From SAR86 cluster bacterium (GTDB lineage Bacteria; Pseudomonadota; Gammaproteobacteria; Magnimaribacterales; TMED112), in the NCBI GenBank assembly GCA_023703555.1, contig CP097968.1, forward strand, positions 205,451 through 269,450: a DNA stretch of 64,000 nt. The letters are read 5' to 3'. The notes beneath the pieces were generated by a model, which saw only the letters and a list, made by a program, of their open reading frames with translations, did not search any database and had not been told where the DNA came from. Positions 1 to 10,893 of the stretch are shown piece after piece. Numbering within the stretch: position 1 is the first letter of the stretch; every line of letters starts with the position of its first letter. Position numbers and translations under genes: made by a program.

Positions 1-1
1 T

Positions 2-1171
2 GCGCTACCCCTGACACAAACTTTCTTCTTGGGCTTAACCCTAGTGGTTTTAGGTACGGGGCTTTTAAAAAGCAATATTTCAACCATTGTTGGTAAGTTG
101 TACAAAGATGGAGACCCTAGACGAACATCTGGATACACAATTTTCTACATGTCCATAAATATTGGCTCATTCTTGGGTTTTCTCATCTGTTCCTATCTTG
201 GCGAGTTTATTGGTTGGCACTGGGGTTTCGGTGCAGCTGGTATAGGGATGCTTTTTGGAGTAATCCAATACTACTATTTTAGAGGCCTTTTAGGCGATGC
301 TGGTATAAAACCAAATAATATGCCGGAGAAACAAAGGCAAACCTACATAAAGTGGTCAAGATTTACTGTTATTGTAATGGGAATTGTAATCGCTGCAGGC
401 CTTTTGGGTTTCATATCAATTGATCCAAGGATTTTTGCTGAGTATTTTCTGTATTTTTTAGGTGTTGTTGCAGTATTCTACTTTGCCTACCTCTTGCTTT
501 TAGCAGGGCTAACTTATCAAGAAAAAAAGAACATTCTTCTCTTAATGTTGCTGTTTGTTGCAGCAATGTTCTTTTGGTCAGGGTTTGATCAGTCTGGTGG
601 CTCTTTAAGTATTTTTGCAAGAGATTATACAGATCTGACTGTATTTGGTTATCCAATTCCTGTCGGATGGCTTCAATTTGCGAATCCATTATTTGTGGTA
701 ATTTTTGCACCAATATTTGCTGGGATTTGGACCAATTTAGCAAGAATGAATCTCAATCCATCTTACCCATTGAAATTTGCAATAGGTATGTTTTTTATGG
801 CAATAAGTTTTGTAATTATGATAGCTGCAGTTGAGCTTGCATTAGTATCAGCTCCTGTAGGCATGCAGTGGCTGATAATTACTTATTTAATTCATACTTG
901 GGGTGAACTGGCCTTATCTCCTGTTGGGCTGGCAGCATTTTCTGAATACTCTCCAAAAAAATACCAAGGACAGATGTTTGGGCTCTGGTTCTTAGCTTCC
1001 TCATTGGGTGGAGTCCTTGCAGGTTTGTTGGGTGGAGATGCTCTTGTAGAGGGTCTTGAGAGTATGGCACCAGTATTTGATTCAATGATACAGTTCTACT
1101 TAGTTGCAGGGGTCGTTTTAGTTCTTTTTGCTGTTGTAAGTTATTACTTAAACAGGAATTCTTCTAGTTAG
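2..1171 (+). CDS. POT/PTR2-family proton-dependent di/tripeptide permease (5' end outside window)
   Basis: The frame is open from nt 2, so the listed TTG at 29 is not the true start. Polytopic membrane protein with a PTR2 signature-like FYMSINIGSFLG. Confidence 0.85.
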   Translation, partial: ALPLTQTFFLGLTLVVLGTGLLKSNISTIVGKLYKDGDPRRTSGYTIFYMSINIGSFLGFLICSYLGEFIGWHWGFGAAGIGMLFGVIQYYYFRGLLGDAGIKPNNMPEKQRQTYIKWSRFTVIVMGIVIAAGLLGFISIDPRIFAEYFLYFLGVVAVFYFAYLLLLAGLTYQEKKNILLLMLLFVAAMFFWSGFDQSGGSLSIFARDYTDLTVFGYPIPVGWLQFANPLFVVIFAPIFAGIWTNLARMNLNPSYPLKFAIGMFFMAISFVIMIAAVELALVSAPVGMQWLIITYLIHTWGELALSPVGLAAFSEYSPKKYQGQMFGLWFLASSLGGVLAGLLGGDALVEGLESMAPVFDSMIQFYLVAGVVLVLFAVVSYYLNRNSSS

Positions 1172-2768
1172 AAAGATTCTCTTTTAATAAGATCTCGAGG
1201 ACAGAATCTCCATTCGCATCTAAAGATTCACTTATAACTACTATATCCAGATCTAAATCAAAATTAAAATCACTCAAAATATTTGGCTTATTCTCAAAGT
1301 CAAAATTGGGGATACCAATGAGTTTATCTGTATAGCTGTCAAACGAATATGTGACGATGCCATCATCATCTGAATTTGCTTGCTTGAGTCCGAGAAAGAA
1401 ATTATCTGTTACACCTGAAGCGGTATTCACAGGAATTATAAAGTCGCCTCCATCTGCATCAAGGTCAAAATCTTGTATATAAATTTCGGTGCTCAAATTT
1501 ATACCTCTCTCTGAAAGTAAATCAAGCTCAATATAGCTATCTAGGAAATTCGTATCAACGTATTCATATACACGTAGCAGCGAGGATGCCCCTGTCGTAG
1601 AGGGTAAATTAATGTTTTCATCCCCCAGCACAAGAACATCAAGTGTGGCATCTGAATCAAAATCTAAGATCTGAATGTGTTTCGTAAGAGGAACATCCAA
1701 GTAAACTGCAAGGTTTTCCCATTCTGTTGCAACTCCACTGACCGGAACAACAATATAAGCTGGTGAATTTGTAGAATCGTATCCTGTAAAGACATGGCTT
1801 TCACTTCCTGTATTTTCAAAATCAAATATTATGCCAGAAGTTATTGTGTAATCTGATAAAATTGAATTTTCAATTTCCACTTTTTCAAGCGCTGGTTCTT
1901 CAGATCTGATAATCCAATACTCAGCATCATTGGTGAGTATATATATATCTGGGAGCCCATCTGAGTTTCTGTCGGCGAGTTGAGCAAATTTAATTTCTGT
2001 TGAGAAAAAATCAAAGTCTGTGTCATTTTGTATAGCAGAGTTGTCTGCACTAAATCCTGTAGCTGATCCCATAAACAAACATGCTGTTTGTCCAACAGAT
2101 GTATCATCTTGATCTGATGTTGCAACAAAAATATCATCAAAGCCATCACTATTGATGTCGCTTCTAAGTAGAACTCTTGAACCTTGACATTGTTCTCCTG
2201 AAGCTACAACATTGTCTACCAAATAAGCGCCTGTCTCTGCTCCTCCATTAACTTGAAAAAATAAAGTTTCTTCAAAACCGCCATTAATATTTCTTGCTTC
2301 CAATGCTATAAATAGGTCACCAAAAACATCATTATTAAAGTCTCCTCTTTGGAATGACGTAATGGAATAGTTCAAGGAATCGTCGGCGAGGGGGTAAGTC
2401 AGTAGTGATTCCTCAGTTGCATCAAAAATAAAATGATCTTGCAGAGTTTTATTTACACTAATCGCAACAGCTTGATTCTTAAACTCATTGTTTCTTCTAC
2501 ATTCGAGTATAAAAGTATAATTACCACCTCTTTTTATAGTGAACTCTTCTGATCCTGAAAGTTCTTTTTCACCTGACCATAATGGGCCTGATGCATAGCA
2601 CTGACTTGCATTTGATGACCATGTAAGAGTGAAAGGGGTATTATAGTTTGGATTCTCATTGCTTGCATTGAGTTCAACAACCAATTCATCAAGGGGCTCT
2701 GGATCTTCTCCGCATGAACTCAAGACGATAAGACTTAATAAGATTATGATTCTCTTGAGACTATTCAT
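1164..2768 (-). CDS. Secreted lipoprotein with FG-GAP/VCBS-type beta-propeller repeats
   Basis: Lipoprotein signal MNSLKRIIILLSLIVLSSC. Repeated Ca-binding-type loops follow: DINSDGFDDIFVA, DRNSDGLPDIYIL, DFDSDATLDVLVLG, DFDLDADGGDFIIP, DFNFDLDLDIVVIS. Confidence 0.65.
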   Translation of the reverse strand: MNSLKRIIILLSLIVLSSCGEDPEPLDELVVELNASNENPNYNTPFTLTWSSNASQCYASGPLWSGEKELSGSEEFTIKRGGNYTFILECRRNNEFKNQAVAISVNKTLQDHFIFDATEESLLTYPLADDSLNYSITSFQRGDFNNDVFGDLFIALEARNINGGFEETLFFQVNGGAETGAYLVDNVVASGEQCQGSRVLLRSDINSDGFDDIFVATSDQDDTSVGQTACLFMGSATGFSADNSAIQNDTDFDFFSTEIKFAQLADRNSDGLPDIYILTNDAEYWIIRSEEPALEKVEIENSILSDYTITSGIIFDFENTGSESHVFTGYDSTNSPAYIVVPVSGVATEWENLAVYLDVPLTKHIQILDFDSDATLDVLVLGDENINLPSTTGASSLLRVYEYVDTNFLDSYIELDLLSERGINLSTEIYIQDFDLDADGGDFIIPVNTASGVTDNFFLGLKQANSDDDGIVTYSFDSYTDKLIGIPNFDFENKPNILSDFNFDLDLDIVVISESLDANGDSVLEILLKENLSN

Positions 2769-2807
2769 ATTTGCCCTTTATTCTATACAAATCCTGCTAA
2801 AATTGCC

Positions 2808-3578
2808 TTATATTTCCTCTTCCTCTCTGAGAGTTAAAATGTCATACCCATCAGCAGTAACTGCTATTGTGTGCTCCCATTGAGCTGACAGCTTGCCGTC
2901 TTTAGTAACAACAGTCCATCCATCATCAAGCAATTTTGAATGATATGAACCTAGGTTTATCATAGGTTCGATAGTAAAACACATTCCCTCTTCAAGCATC
3001 AAGCCTTCACCCGGGTTGCCATAGTGAAGAACCTGCGGCTCCTCATGATAGACCTTTCCAATTCCATGCCCACAATAATCACGAACCACTGAATAGTGAT
3101 TATTTTCTGCATGTTTTTGAATAGCTGAACCAATCGTACCAAGCTTCTCGCCAGGCCTTACTTTTTTAATGCCTTGATACATGCACTCCTGAGTAACATT
3201 AATAAGTCGTTTTGCAAAATTTTGTATTTTCCCTACCGCATACATTTTCGAGGTATCTCCATGCCACTTGTTTTCAATAACTGTGACATCAATATTCAAG
3301 ATATCACCATCTTTTAAAGTTTGACTCTCTGAAGGTATTCCATGGCAGATCACACTGTTCAGTGAAGTGCAAAGTGTTTTTGGATAGCCATTGTAGCCGA
3401 CATTGGCAGGAATACATTTCAAATCTCTAGTAATATAATCAAAAGCTATTTTGTCTAGCTCCTCAGTAGTAATACCTGGTACAACATATTTGTCCAGCAT
3501 ATTTAAAACTGCTGCTGCCTTTTGTCCAGCAATCCGCATGTTTTCAATATCTTTTTTTGTTTTTATTGTAATTGGCAT
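2808..3578 (-). CDS. map: Methionine aminopeptidase, type I
   Basis: 256 aa with MetAP blocks DGDILNIDVTV, CGHGIG, FTIEPM and QWEHT. Confidence 0.95.
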   Translation of the reverse strand: MPITIKTKKDIENMRIAGQKAAAVLNMLDKYVVPGITTEELDKIAFDYITRDLKCIPANVGYNGYPKTLCTSLNSVICHGIPSESQTLKDGDILNIDVTVIENKWHGDTSKMYAVGKIQNFAKRLINVTQECMYQGIKKVRPGEKLGTIGSAIQKHAENNHYSVVRDYCGHGIGKVYHEEPQVLHYGNPGEGLMLEEGMCFTIEPMINLGSYHSKLLDDGWTVVTKDGKLSAQWEHTIAVTADGYDILTLREEEEI

Positions 3579-3642
3579 AGGCTGATATTCTAAATGAACT
3601 ATAAATTATGTAATAACTTTTCTATAGTATTCATTAGCAAAA

Positions 3643-4743
3643 ATGAACTTTCCTGCAAAGCTACTTCTAGAAAATGGTGTAACCCTTGAAGGAAGTGGTT
3701 TTGGCTCAAAAAAAATTGGTGTTGGTGAAGTAGTTTTTAATACTGCAATGACTGGATACCAGGAGATACTAACAGATCCCTCTTACAATGGCCAAATTAT
3801 AACTTTTACCTATCCTCATATTGGAAATACCGGAGTTAACAATGAGGACTACGAATCAAAATCTGTCTCAGCAAAAGGGGTAATAGTAAAAAATCTTTGT
3901 TTAAATCACAGTAACTGGCGCTCCGAAGCAAGTTTGAATGATTTCTTGTTAAAAAATGATGTGGTTTGTATATCTGATCTTGATACACGATATCTTACAA
4001 AAATTCTTAGAGAAGAAGGTTGCAAGATCGGAGCAATTTACCCAACTGAGCAAATTACTGATGACGAAGCTAAGTATGAAATACAAAATTTTGGTTCGAT
4101 TAGTTCGTGTGACCTTACAGCTGAAGTTGCAACTAAAAACCGTTACTTATACTCAGAGGGAACAATGAAAGAATCACCCATTGTTGCCGTAGTTGATTTT
4201 GGTATTAAAGAAAATATTCTCAGAATAATGAGTGATATGGGTGCTAAATTAGTGATTTTCCCTCCCAATAGTACTTACGAAAGCATATTAGAAATAAATC
4301 CAGACGGAGTATTTCTTTCAAATGGACCGGGGGATCCCACAATTTTAAAACAACAAATTGATCAAATTCAAAAACTTATGAAGTTAAAAAAACCAATGTT
4401 TGGCATTTGCCTTGGCCATCAGTTAATGGCATTGGCATTTGGATTGAATATTGAAAAAATGCAGTTTGGTCACCATGGCGCAAACCACCCTGTTCATGAT
4501 TTAGAAAACAATACTGTTTTTATAACCTCTCAGAATCATAATTTTTGTGTATCAGAAACCAATATTGATGAACAATATATTATTACTCATAGGTCTCTTT
4601 TTGATCAGTCAATACAAGGAATAATGCACAGAGACCTTCCTTTCTACTCAATACAGTGCCACCCTGAAGCCAGTCCTGGACCAAAAGAGTTTGAAATAAT
4701 GTTCAAAAAATTTTTTAGAGATTTAAATGCCCAAAAGAAATGA
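3643..4743 (+). CDS. carA: Carbamoyl-phosphate synthase small (glutaminase) subunit
   Basis: The N-terminal CPSase small-chain domain includes [10 protein letters not shown]. GATase catalytic motif GICLGHQL is present. The gene overlaps carB by 17 nt. Confidence 0.96.
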   Translation: MNFPAKLLLENGVTLEGSGFGSKKIGVGEVVFNTAMTGYQEILTDPSYNGQIITFTYPHIGNTGVNNEDYESKSVSAKGVIVKNLCLNHSNWRSEASLNDFLLKNDVVCISDLDTRYLTKILREEGCKIGAIYPTEQITDDEAKYEIQNFGSISSCDLTAEVATKNRYLYSEGTMKESPIVAVVDFGIKENILRIMSDMGAKLVIFPPNSTYESILEINPDGVFLSNGPGDPTILKQQIDQIQKLMKLKKPMFGICLGHQLMALAFGLNIEKMQFGHHGANHPVHDLENNTVFITSQNHNFCVSETNIDEQYIITHRSLFDQSIQGIMHRDLPFYSIQCHPEASPGPKEFEIMFKKFFRDLNAQKK

Positions 4744-7700
4744 TCTCAAATCTATATTAATTGTTGGTTCAGGACCAATAATTATTGGTCAAGCGTGTGA
4801 ATTCGATTACTCAGGAACTCAAGCTTGTAAAGTTTTACGTGAGCATGGTTTTCGTGTAATTCTTGTTAATTCAAATCCTGCCACAATTATGACTGATCCA
4901 GAGATAGCTGATGCAACTTACATTGAGCCGGTTAACTGGGAAAGTCTTGAAAAAATAATTGCTAAAGAAAGACCAGATGCAATCCTCCCAACAATGGGTG
5001 GTCAAACTGGACTAAATGTTTCTCTTGAGCTAGCTAAGCGTGGTGTCCTTGAAAAGTATTCTGTTGAAATGATAGGGGCAAATCGAGAGGCAATTGATAA
5101 CGCTGAGGACCGTGAAAAATTTGACAAATGTATGAAGGAATTAAATCTTGAAACCCCAAGGTCTGGATTTGCTCATTCCATGGATGATGCATGGAAGATC
5201 TATAAGGATATAGGGTTGCCATGCGTGATAAGGCCTTCATTTACTCTTGGGGGTAGTGGCGGAGGTATCGCCTATAACCTGAAAGAATTTGAACAAATCT
5301 GTATGAATGGATTAAAGCTTTCACCAACAAATGAATTACTTATTGATGAATCATTAATTGGATGGAAAGAGTTTGAAATGGAGGTTGTGCGTGATAAGAA
5401 TGATAATTGTATTATTGTATGTTCGATAGAAAATGTTGACCCTATGGGTGTTCATACTGGTGATTCAATTACAGTAGCCCCTGCTCAAACGCTAACAGAT
5501 AAAGAATTTCAAAAGATGAGAGATGCTTCTTTTAAGGTGCTTAGAAAAATTGGAGTTGAAACTGGAGGTTCAAATGTTCAATTTGCTCAGAATCCTGAGG
5601 ATGGAAGACTAGTTGTAATTGAAATGAATCCCAGAGTGAGTAGATCGTCTGCCTTAGCTTCTAAGGCAACAGGGTTTCCTATTGCAAAAGTCGCAGCACT
5701 TCTTGCAGTTGGTTTTACACTTGATGAATTAAAAAATGATATTACCGATGGTAAAACTCCTGCATCCTTTGAGCCAACGATTGATTATGTTGTCACCAAA
5801 ATACCAAGGTTTAATTTTGAAAAATTTCCTGAGGCGGACTCTAGGCTTACTACTCAAATGAAATCAGTGGGGGAAGTTATGGCGATAGGTAGAAGTTTTC
5901 AGGAGTCTTTTCAAAAAGCAATTAGATCTATGGAAAATGGATTAATGGGCCTTGAAGAAATTTCAATGGAGGGAAAAGGCAATGGAGCATTAAAGCTAGA
6001 ACTCTCAACTCCTGGTGAAAGACGTCTTTGGTACGTTGCTGAAGCGTTCAGAAATAATTGGCCTATTCAAGAAATCTATGATTCTTGTGGTATTGATAAA
6101 TGGTTTCTATATCAGATCAAAGAATTAGTTGATCTTGAAATCGAGATTTCTAAAAAGTCTATTAAAAGCTTAACAAGACATGAACTTCTTAATTTAAAGA
6201 AAAAAGGTTTTTCGGATAGCAGGATAGCTAAATTATTAGAAACAACTGAATTAGAGTTAAGGGAAAAAAGATATGAATTGAATGTTCGGCCTGTCTTTAA
6301 AAGGGTAGACTCATGTGCTGCGGAGTTTAATAGTACAACAAATTATCTATATTCGACATATGAGTATGAAAATGAATCTGTTTTATCGAGTAATAAAAAA
6401 ATTATTGTTTTAGGGAGTGGCCCCAACAGAATCGGTCAGGGAATAGAATTTGATTATTGTTGTGTGCAAGCAGCTTTAGCTTTTAGAGAAGAAGGCATTG
6501 AAACAATAATGGTTAATTCGAATCCTGAGACTGTCTCCACCGATTTTGATGTCTCAGACAAGCTCTATTTTGAACCAATTGTGGAAGAAGATGTTTTGGA
6601 AATTGTAAACCATGAAAATCCATTAGGAGTTGTAGTACAATTTGGAGGTCAAACTCCATTGAAGCTTACTAGTGTATTGCAAAAATACAACATACCTATT
6701 CTAGGGACTTCACCAGAGTCGATTGATATTGCGGAAAATAGAGAAAAATTTAAGTCATTTCTTTCAGGGTTTAATTTTAAGCAACCCAGAAATTTGGCTG
6801 TTAGTGAGAAAGAAATGGTCAAAAGCGCAGTTTTAGAATTGGGCTATCCGGTAATTGTGAGGCCATCCTACGTTCTAGGTGGTAGAGCAATGGAGCTAAT
6901 TTATACAGAAAGTGACTTAAAAAATTATGTAAATAATAGAGTTGAGATATCACCAGATAATCCATTACTTATTGAAGAATTTCTTGAAGATGCAACAGAA
7001 ATTGATATTGATCTAATAAGTGATGGTGAAAATGTACTTATCGGTGGAATCCTACAACACATAGAGGAAGCAGGAATTCATTCAGGAGACTCTTCGTGTT
7101 CTTTCCCTCCATACAGCGTTGCAGAAAAGAAAATTCTAGAATTGAAAAAAGAAATAAAAGGAGTCGCAAAGAAACTTAATGTAAAGGGTCTAATGAATGC
7201 TCAAGTTGCAATTAAAAATGATGAATTTTATATGATTGAAGTTAATCCAAGAGCATCGAGAACTATCCCATTTCTTTCAAAATGCTTAGGACATTCATTA
7301 GCAAAACTTTCTAGTAAAGTCTTAATAGGAAATTCTTTGAAGGATTTAGGCTTTTCCAGTGAGATTGTGCCTACAAGTTATGCGGTAAAAGCTCCCGTTT
7401 TTCCTTTTAATAAGTTTTTAAAAGTAGATCCTATTCTTGGCCCAGAAATGAAGTCAACTGGCGAAGTGATGGGACGGGGCAGCACTTTTGGTGAGGCATT
7501 TGGTAAAGCAATTAAAGCTGCAGGCGATGAAATACCTACAAAAGGGAATATTTTTGTCAGTGTCAAAGACTCTGATAAAAAGTACCTTCCTGAACTATGT
7601 CAAAAGTTCATTGAACTCGGCTTCAATATCAAAGCCACAAAAGGCTCTTGTCAGTTCTTAGCTGACAAAGGCATCAGTGTTGAAAAAGTTAATAAAGTTC

Positions 7701-7927
7701 TAGAGGGCAGACCACACATAGTTGATGAAATACATAATAATGAAATATGTATGGTAATCAACACAACAGAAGGAAGACAATCAATTAAAGACTCATTCTC
7801 CATTCGAAGGTCAGCATTAGAACATAATACTTTCCTTACAACTACAATATCAGGGGGGTTTGCCATAGCAGAATCACTAGAAAAGCCATCAAATGAGTGG
7901 AATTATATACCCCTTCAAACTTCGTAA
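4727..7927 (+). CDS. carB: Carbamoyl-phosphate synthase large subunit
   Basis: 1066 aa with duplicated ATP-grasp halves ([24 protein letters not shown] and [22 protein letters not shown]) and a C-terminal MGS-like domain. Confidence 0.97.
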   Translation: MPKRNDLKSILIVGSGPIIIGQACEFDYSGTQACKVLREHGFRVILVNSNPATIMTDPEIADATYIEPVNWESLEKIIAKERPDAILPTMGGQTGLNVSLELAKRGVLEKYSVEMIGANREAIDNAEDREKFDKCMKELNLETPRSGFAHSMDDAWKIYKDIGLPCVIRPSFTLGGSGGGIAYNLKEFEQICMNGLKLSPTNELLIDESLIGWKEFEMEVVRDKNDNCIIVCSIENVDPMGVHTGDSITVAPAQTLTDKEFQKMRDASFKVLRKIGVETGGSNVQFAQNPEDGRLVVIEMNPRVSRSSALASKATGFPIAKVAALLAVGFTLDELKNDITDGKTPASFEPTIDYVVTKIPRFNFEKFPEADSRLTTQMKSVGEVMAIGRSFQESFQKAIRSMENGLMGLEEISMEGKGNGALKLELSTPGERRLWYVAEAFRNNWPIQEIYDSCGIDKWFLYQIKELVDLEIEISKKSIKSLTRHELLNLKKKGFSDSRIAKLLETTELELREKRYELNVRPVFKRVDSCAAEFNSTTNYLYSTYEYENESVLSSNKKIIVLGSGPNRIGQGIEFDYCCVQAALAFREEGIETIMVNSNPETVSTDFDVSDKLYFEPIVEEDVLEIVNHENPLGVVVQFGGQTPLKLTSVLQKYNIPILGTSPESIDIAENREKFKSFLSGFNFKQPRNLAVSEKEMVKSAVLELGYPVIVRPSYVLGGRAMELIYTESDLKNYVNNRVEISPDNPLLIEEFLEDATEIDIDLISDGENVLIGGILQHIEEAGIHSGDSSCSFPPYSVAEKKILELKKEIKGVAKKLNVKGLMNAQVAIKNDEFYMIEVNPRASRTIPFLSKCLGHSLAKLSSKVLIGNSLKDLGFSSEIVPTSYAVKAPVFPFNKFLKVDPILGPEMKSTGEVMGRGSTFGEAFGKAIKAAGDEIPTKGNIFVSVKDSDKKYLPELCQKFIELGFNIKATKGSCQFLADKGISVEKVNKVLEGRPHIVDEIHNNEICMVINTTEGRQSIKDSFSIRRSALEHNTFLTTTISGGFAIAESLEKPSNEWNYIPLQTS

Positions 7928-7929
7928 TT

Positions 7930-8406
7930 ATGGATAAAAAACCTATTACACCTGAAGGCCAAAAAAGACTTAGAGAAGAGGTCGAGTTTTTAAAAAATAT
8001 AAAACGACAAGAAATTATTGATGCAATATCTGAGGCGAGAGCACATGGTGATTTGAAAGAAAATGCAGAATATCATGCTGCGAGAGAAGAACAAGGCCTT
8101 AATGAAGCCAGAATCCGTGAGTTAGAAGAAGCACTTTCTCTGGCGACTGTTGTGGAATACAAAGATATAGAAGTTACAGATATCGTAGTTTTTGGAGCTA
8201 CTGTCTCAATAAGAGACTTAGATTCTGAAAAAGAACTTACCTACCAAATTGTTGGTGAAAGCGAAGCAAATATAGAATTCAATACCATTTCTTTCACAAC
8301 TCCTATTGCAAGAGCACTAATTAAAAAAAGTACAGGTGACATCGTTGAGGTCGATACTCCAGGCGGTTTGAAAGAATACGAGATTACAAAAATAAAAATA
8401 ATTTGA
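7930..8406 (+). CDS. greA: Transcription elongation factor GreA
   Basis: Typical MDKKPITPEG..L..EL start and the acidic-tip region GDLKENAEYHAAREEQ. ATG 7930 lies 2 nt after the carB stop. The listed 7897 start would sit inside carB. Confidence 0.93.
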   Translation: MDKKPITPEGQKRLREEVEFLKNIKRQEIIDAISEARAHGDLKENAEYHAAREEQGLNEARIRELEEALSLATVVEYKDIEVTDIVVFGATVSIRDLDSEKELTYQIVGESEANIEFNTISFTTPIARALIKKSTGDIVEVDTPGGLKEYEITKIKII

Positions 8407-8981
8407 AGAATATTCAGGATTATTGGGCAAAAAAAGCAAAGAAAGCAGGTTTAAGGAGTAGAGCTGCCTATAAGTTAGAGGAGATTAACAAGAAACACAA
8501 TTTATTTTATGGTTCAAAAATAATTTTTGAACTTGGATCAGCGCCAGGTGGATGGTCTCAAATTATTGCAAAGTTAAAAGATAAATGCAGTGTTTGTTAT
8601 TCTTTTGACTGCTTGAATATGGCTGATGTGAAAGGGATAAAGTTCTATAAATACAATTTTTTTGACGATGAGTTTAAAGAATTTTCAAAAGATTTTTTTT
8701 CTAAAACAGATCTAATTCTAAGTGATATGTCTGTAAATCTTTCAGGGATATCTATAAAAGATGCTGAAGAAAATAAACAGTTGAACTTTTTTTGTTTAGA
8801 GCTATCAAAAAAATTGTTATCCAGCAGAGGTAAGCTGTTAATCAAGTCCTTTAATAATGAAAATCTAAAGGATTTAAAAAAAGAATTTTTGAATAATTTT
8901 CAAAATGTTTTCATCGAAAAACCACAAGCATCAAAAACTTCTTCTTCAGAGGTTTATTTGTTAGGATTGAACCCTAAATAA
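8403..8981 (+). CDS. rlmE: 23S rRNA (uridine2552-2'-O)-methyltransferase RlmE/FtsJ
   Basis: [13 protein letters not shown] and the SAM motif [11 protein letters not shown]. Apparent TTG start overlaps the greA stop. Located upstream of ftsH. Confidence 0.9.
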   Translation: MKNIQDYWAKKAKKAGLRSRAAYKLEEINKKHNLFYGSKIIFELGSAPGGWSQIIAKLKDKCSVCYSFDCLNMADVKGIKFYKYNFFDDEFKEFSKDFFSKTDLILSDMSVNLSGISIKDAEENKQLNFFCLELSKKLLSSRGKLLIKSFNNENLKDLKKEFLNNFQNVFIEKPQASKTSSSEVYLLGLNPK

Positions 8982-8988
8982 GATTTCT

Positions 8989-10890
8989 ATGAAAAATTTA
9001 CCAAAAAATTTAATTTTCTGGCTAATTGCTGGAACAGTCGCTTTTGTCTTCTTACAGAATCTTTCTGAGCCAAGAATACAGGAAGAGTTAACTTATTCAG
9101 AGTTTAAACAAGAAGTTAAGTCCAAGAAAGTAAAATCTATAGTCTATAAAGGCGATCAAATGACAGTTGTTGGGGAACGATTGAATGGCACACAATTTAC
9201 AACAAAAAAGCCTATTTATGTTAGAGATGACGATTTAGAGCAGAGCTTAATAGAATCAGATGTTGCAGTAGAATTTGAAGCATTAGAGAAGCCAAGTATT
9301 TGGTCACAGCTTCTTGTAGGAGCATTCCCACTGCTACTTCTATTGGGAATATTTTTCTTATTCATGAGACAAATGCAAGGTGGTGTAGGTGGCAAAGGTG
9401 GACCTATGACTTTTGGTCGTAGCAAAGCGAAATTGCTCGACGGAGGTCATGTCAAAACAAACTTCTCAGATGTTGCAGGCTGCGAAGAGGCAAAAGATGA
9501 TGTCAAAGAATTAGTAGATTTTTTAAGGGATCCAGCGAAATTTATTAAGGTAGGTGGAAAAATACCGAGAGGCATATTAATGGTCGGCCCTCCAGGAACA
9601 GGAAAAACTCTCCTTGCACGAGCTGTTGCAGGGGAAGCAAAAGTACCATTTTTTACGATTTCGGGGTCTGATTTTGTAGAAATGTTTGTTGGTGTAGGAG
9701 CATCAAGAGTTAGAGATATGTTCGAACAAGCAAAAAAACATTCTCCTTGCATAGTTTTTATTGATGAGATTGATGCTGTTGGTAGACATAGGGGTGCAGG
9801 TCTGGGTGGAGGCCATGACGAACGCGAGCAAACATTGAATCAACTCCTTGTTGAGATGGATGGATTTGAGGAAAATTTAGGTGTAATTGTTATTGCAGCA
9901 ACTAATAGACCAGATGTTCTTGATCCTGCTTTACTAAGACCAGGCCGATTTGATAGGCAGGTGATGGTAGGACTTCCAGATATTAAGGGCAGAGAACATA
10001 TTCTTAATGTTCACTTAAAGAGAGTTCCTGTTGATAAAGATGTTGAATCAGAAGTAATTGCTAGGGGTACACCTGGCTTTTCTGGGGCAGATCTTGCAAA
10101 CCTTGTAAATGAAGCAGCATTGTTAGCTGCAAGGAAAAACTTAAAGAAAGTTACGCATGAAATGTTGGATTACGCAAAGGATAAGATAATGATGGGCGCT
10201 GAAAGGAAGTCGATGATACTAAATGATGAGACAAAAAAGCTTACTGCTTATCATGAAGCTGGTCATGCAATAGTTGGCTTAAAGATGCCTGAGCATCACC
10301 CAGTGTATAAAGTAACAATTATTCCTCGAGGGGGAGCTTTAGGAGTGACAATGTTTTTGCCAGAGGAAGATACTTACATGAGTTCAAGAACAGCAATAAT
10401 TAGTCAGATTACAAGCTTATTTGGTGGAAGAGTTGCAGAGGAGATAATCTACGGTAGAGATGGTATAACAACAGGTGCTTCAAGTGATATTGAGAGAGCA
10501 AGTGAATTGGCAAGAAATATGGTTACAAAATGGGGTTTCTCAGAAAAAATGGGAACAATTAAGTTTGACGATGAAGATGAAAACCCTTTTCTTGGCAGGT
10601 CAGCTGGACAAAAGAAAAGAATTTTTTCCGAAGAAACGGCTAAGAAAATTGATGAAGAGGTCAAAGGGATTATCCAAAGTTGTTATGAAAAAGCAGGGAC
10701 AATCCTAGCCTCTAATCTTGATAAGCTTCATATGATGGCTGAATCACTTTTAAAGTATGAAACGATTGATCAAGACCAAATCTCGGATATAATGGCTGGG
10801 GCATTACCGAGGGATAAAAGTAGTGATGATAAAACTCAGCCAAAGAAAACAAATCCAAAGCAAGGAAATAAGCCAGTTCAGGACTCTTAG
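8989..10890 (+). CDS. ftsH: ATP-dependent zinc metalloprotease FtsH
   Basis: N-terminal TM pair, Walker A GPPGTGKT, the SRH region and the zinc motif HEAGHA. Confidence 0.98.
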   Translation: MKNLPKNLIFWLIAGTVAFVFLQNLSEPRIQEELTYSEFKQEVKSKKVKSIVYKGDQMTVVGERLNGTQFTTKKPIYVRDDDLEQSLIESDVAVEFEALEKPSIWSQLLVGAFPLLLLLGIFFLFMRQMQGGVGGKGGPMTFGRSKAKLLDGGHVKTNFSDVAGCEEAKDDVKELVDFLRDPAKFIKVGGKIPRGILMVGPPGTGKTLLARAVAGEAKVPFFTISGSDFVEMFVGVGASRVRDMFEQAKKHSPCIVFIDEIDAVGRHRGAGLGGGHDEREQTLNQLLVEMDGFEENLGVIVIAATNRPDVLDPALLRPGRFDRQVMVGLPDIKGREHILNVHLKRVPVDKDVESEVIARGTPGFSGADLANLVNEAALLAARKNLKKVTHEMLDYAKDKIMMGAERKSMILNDETKKLTAYHEAGHAIVGLKMPEHHPVYKVTIIPRGGALGVTMFLPEEDTYMSSRTAIISQITSLFGGRVAEEIIYGRDGITTGASSDIERASELARNMVTKWGFSEKMGTIKFDDEDENPFLGRSAGQKKRIFSEETAKKIDEEVKGIIQSCYEKAGTILASNLDKLHMMAESLLKYETIDQDQISDIMAGALPRDKSSDDKTQPKKTNPKQGNKPVQDS

Positions 10891-10893
10891 AGC

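Noticed and set aside
411-743. Antisense or alternate-frame ORFs from the track. They lie at 411-743, 879-1085, 1841-2149, 2659-2883, 3956-4168, 5034-5240, 7378-7566, 7651-7866, 8645-8845, 9216-9752, 10449-10708, 11177-11377, 11631-11870, 12048-12236, 15060-15311, 15933-16145, 21379-21573, 24073-24267, 25795-26022, 26462-26698, 28580-28933, 29617-29826, 31094-31453, 31425-31715, 31849-32181, 31928-32161, 32895-33080, 34645-34923, 35210-35614, 36252-36524, 36913-37128, 37339-37632, 38501-38689, 39528-39716, 41078-41281, 42508-42837, 42588-42776, 43279-44042, 45185-45667, 46505-46798, 47713-47946, 48919-50568, 50974-51249, 52092-52415, 54236-54475, 56759-56959, 58076-58279 and 59804-60130.
   Set aside because: Each lies wholly within, or largely opposite, a confidently identified conserved gene. 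The translations are low-complexity (Ser/Leu/Ile/Lys-rich), as expected from shadow frames of AT-rich coding DNA, and none shows a recognisable motif.
3579-3642. Possible ARG-box or pyrimidine-responsive operator upstream of carA.
   Set aside because: Only partial matches to TGAAT-N4-ATTCA half-sites (ATGAACTATAAATTAT) are present. These cannot be distinguished from the AT-rich background without a position weight matrix scan.
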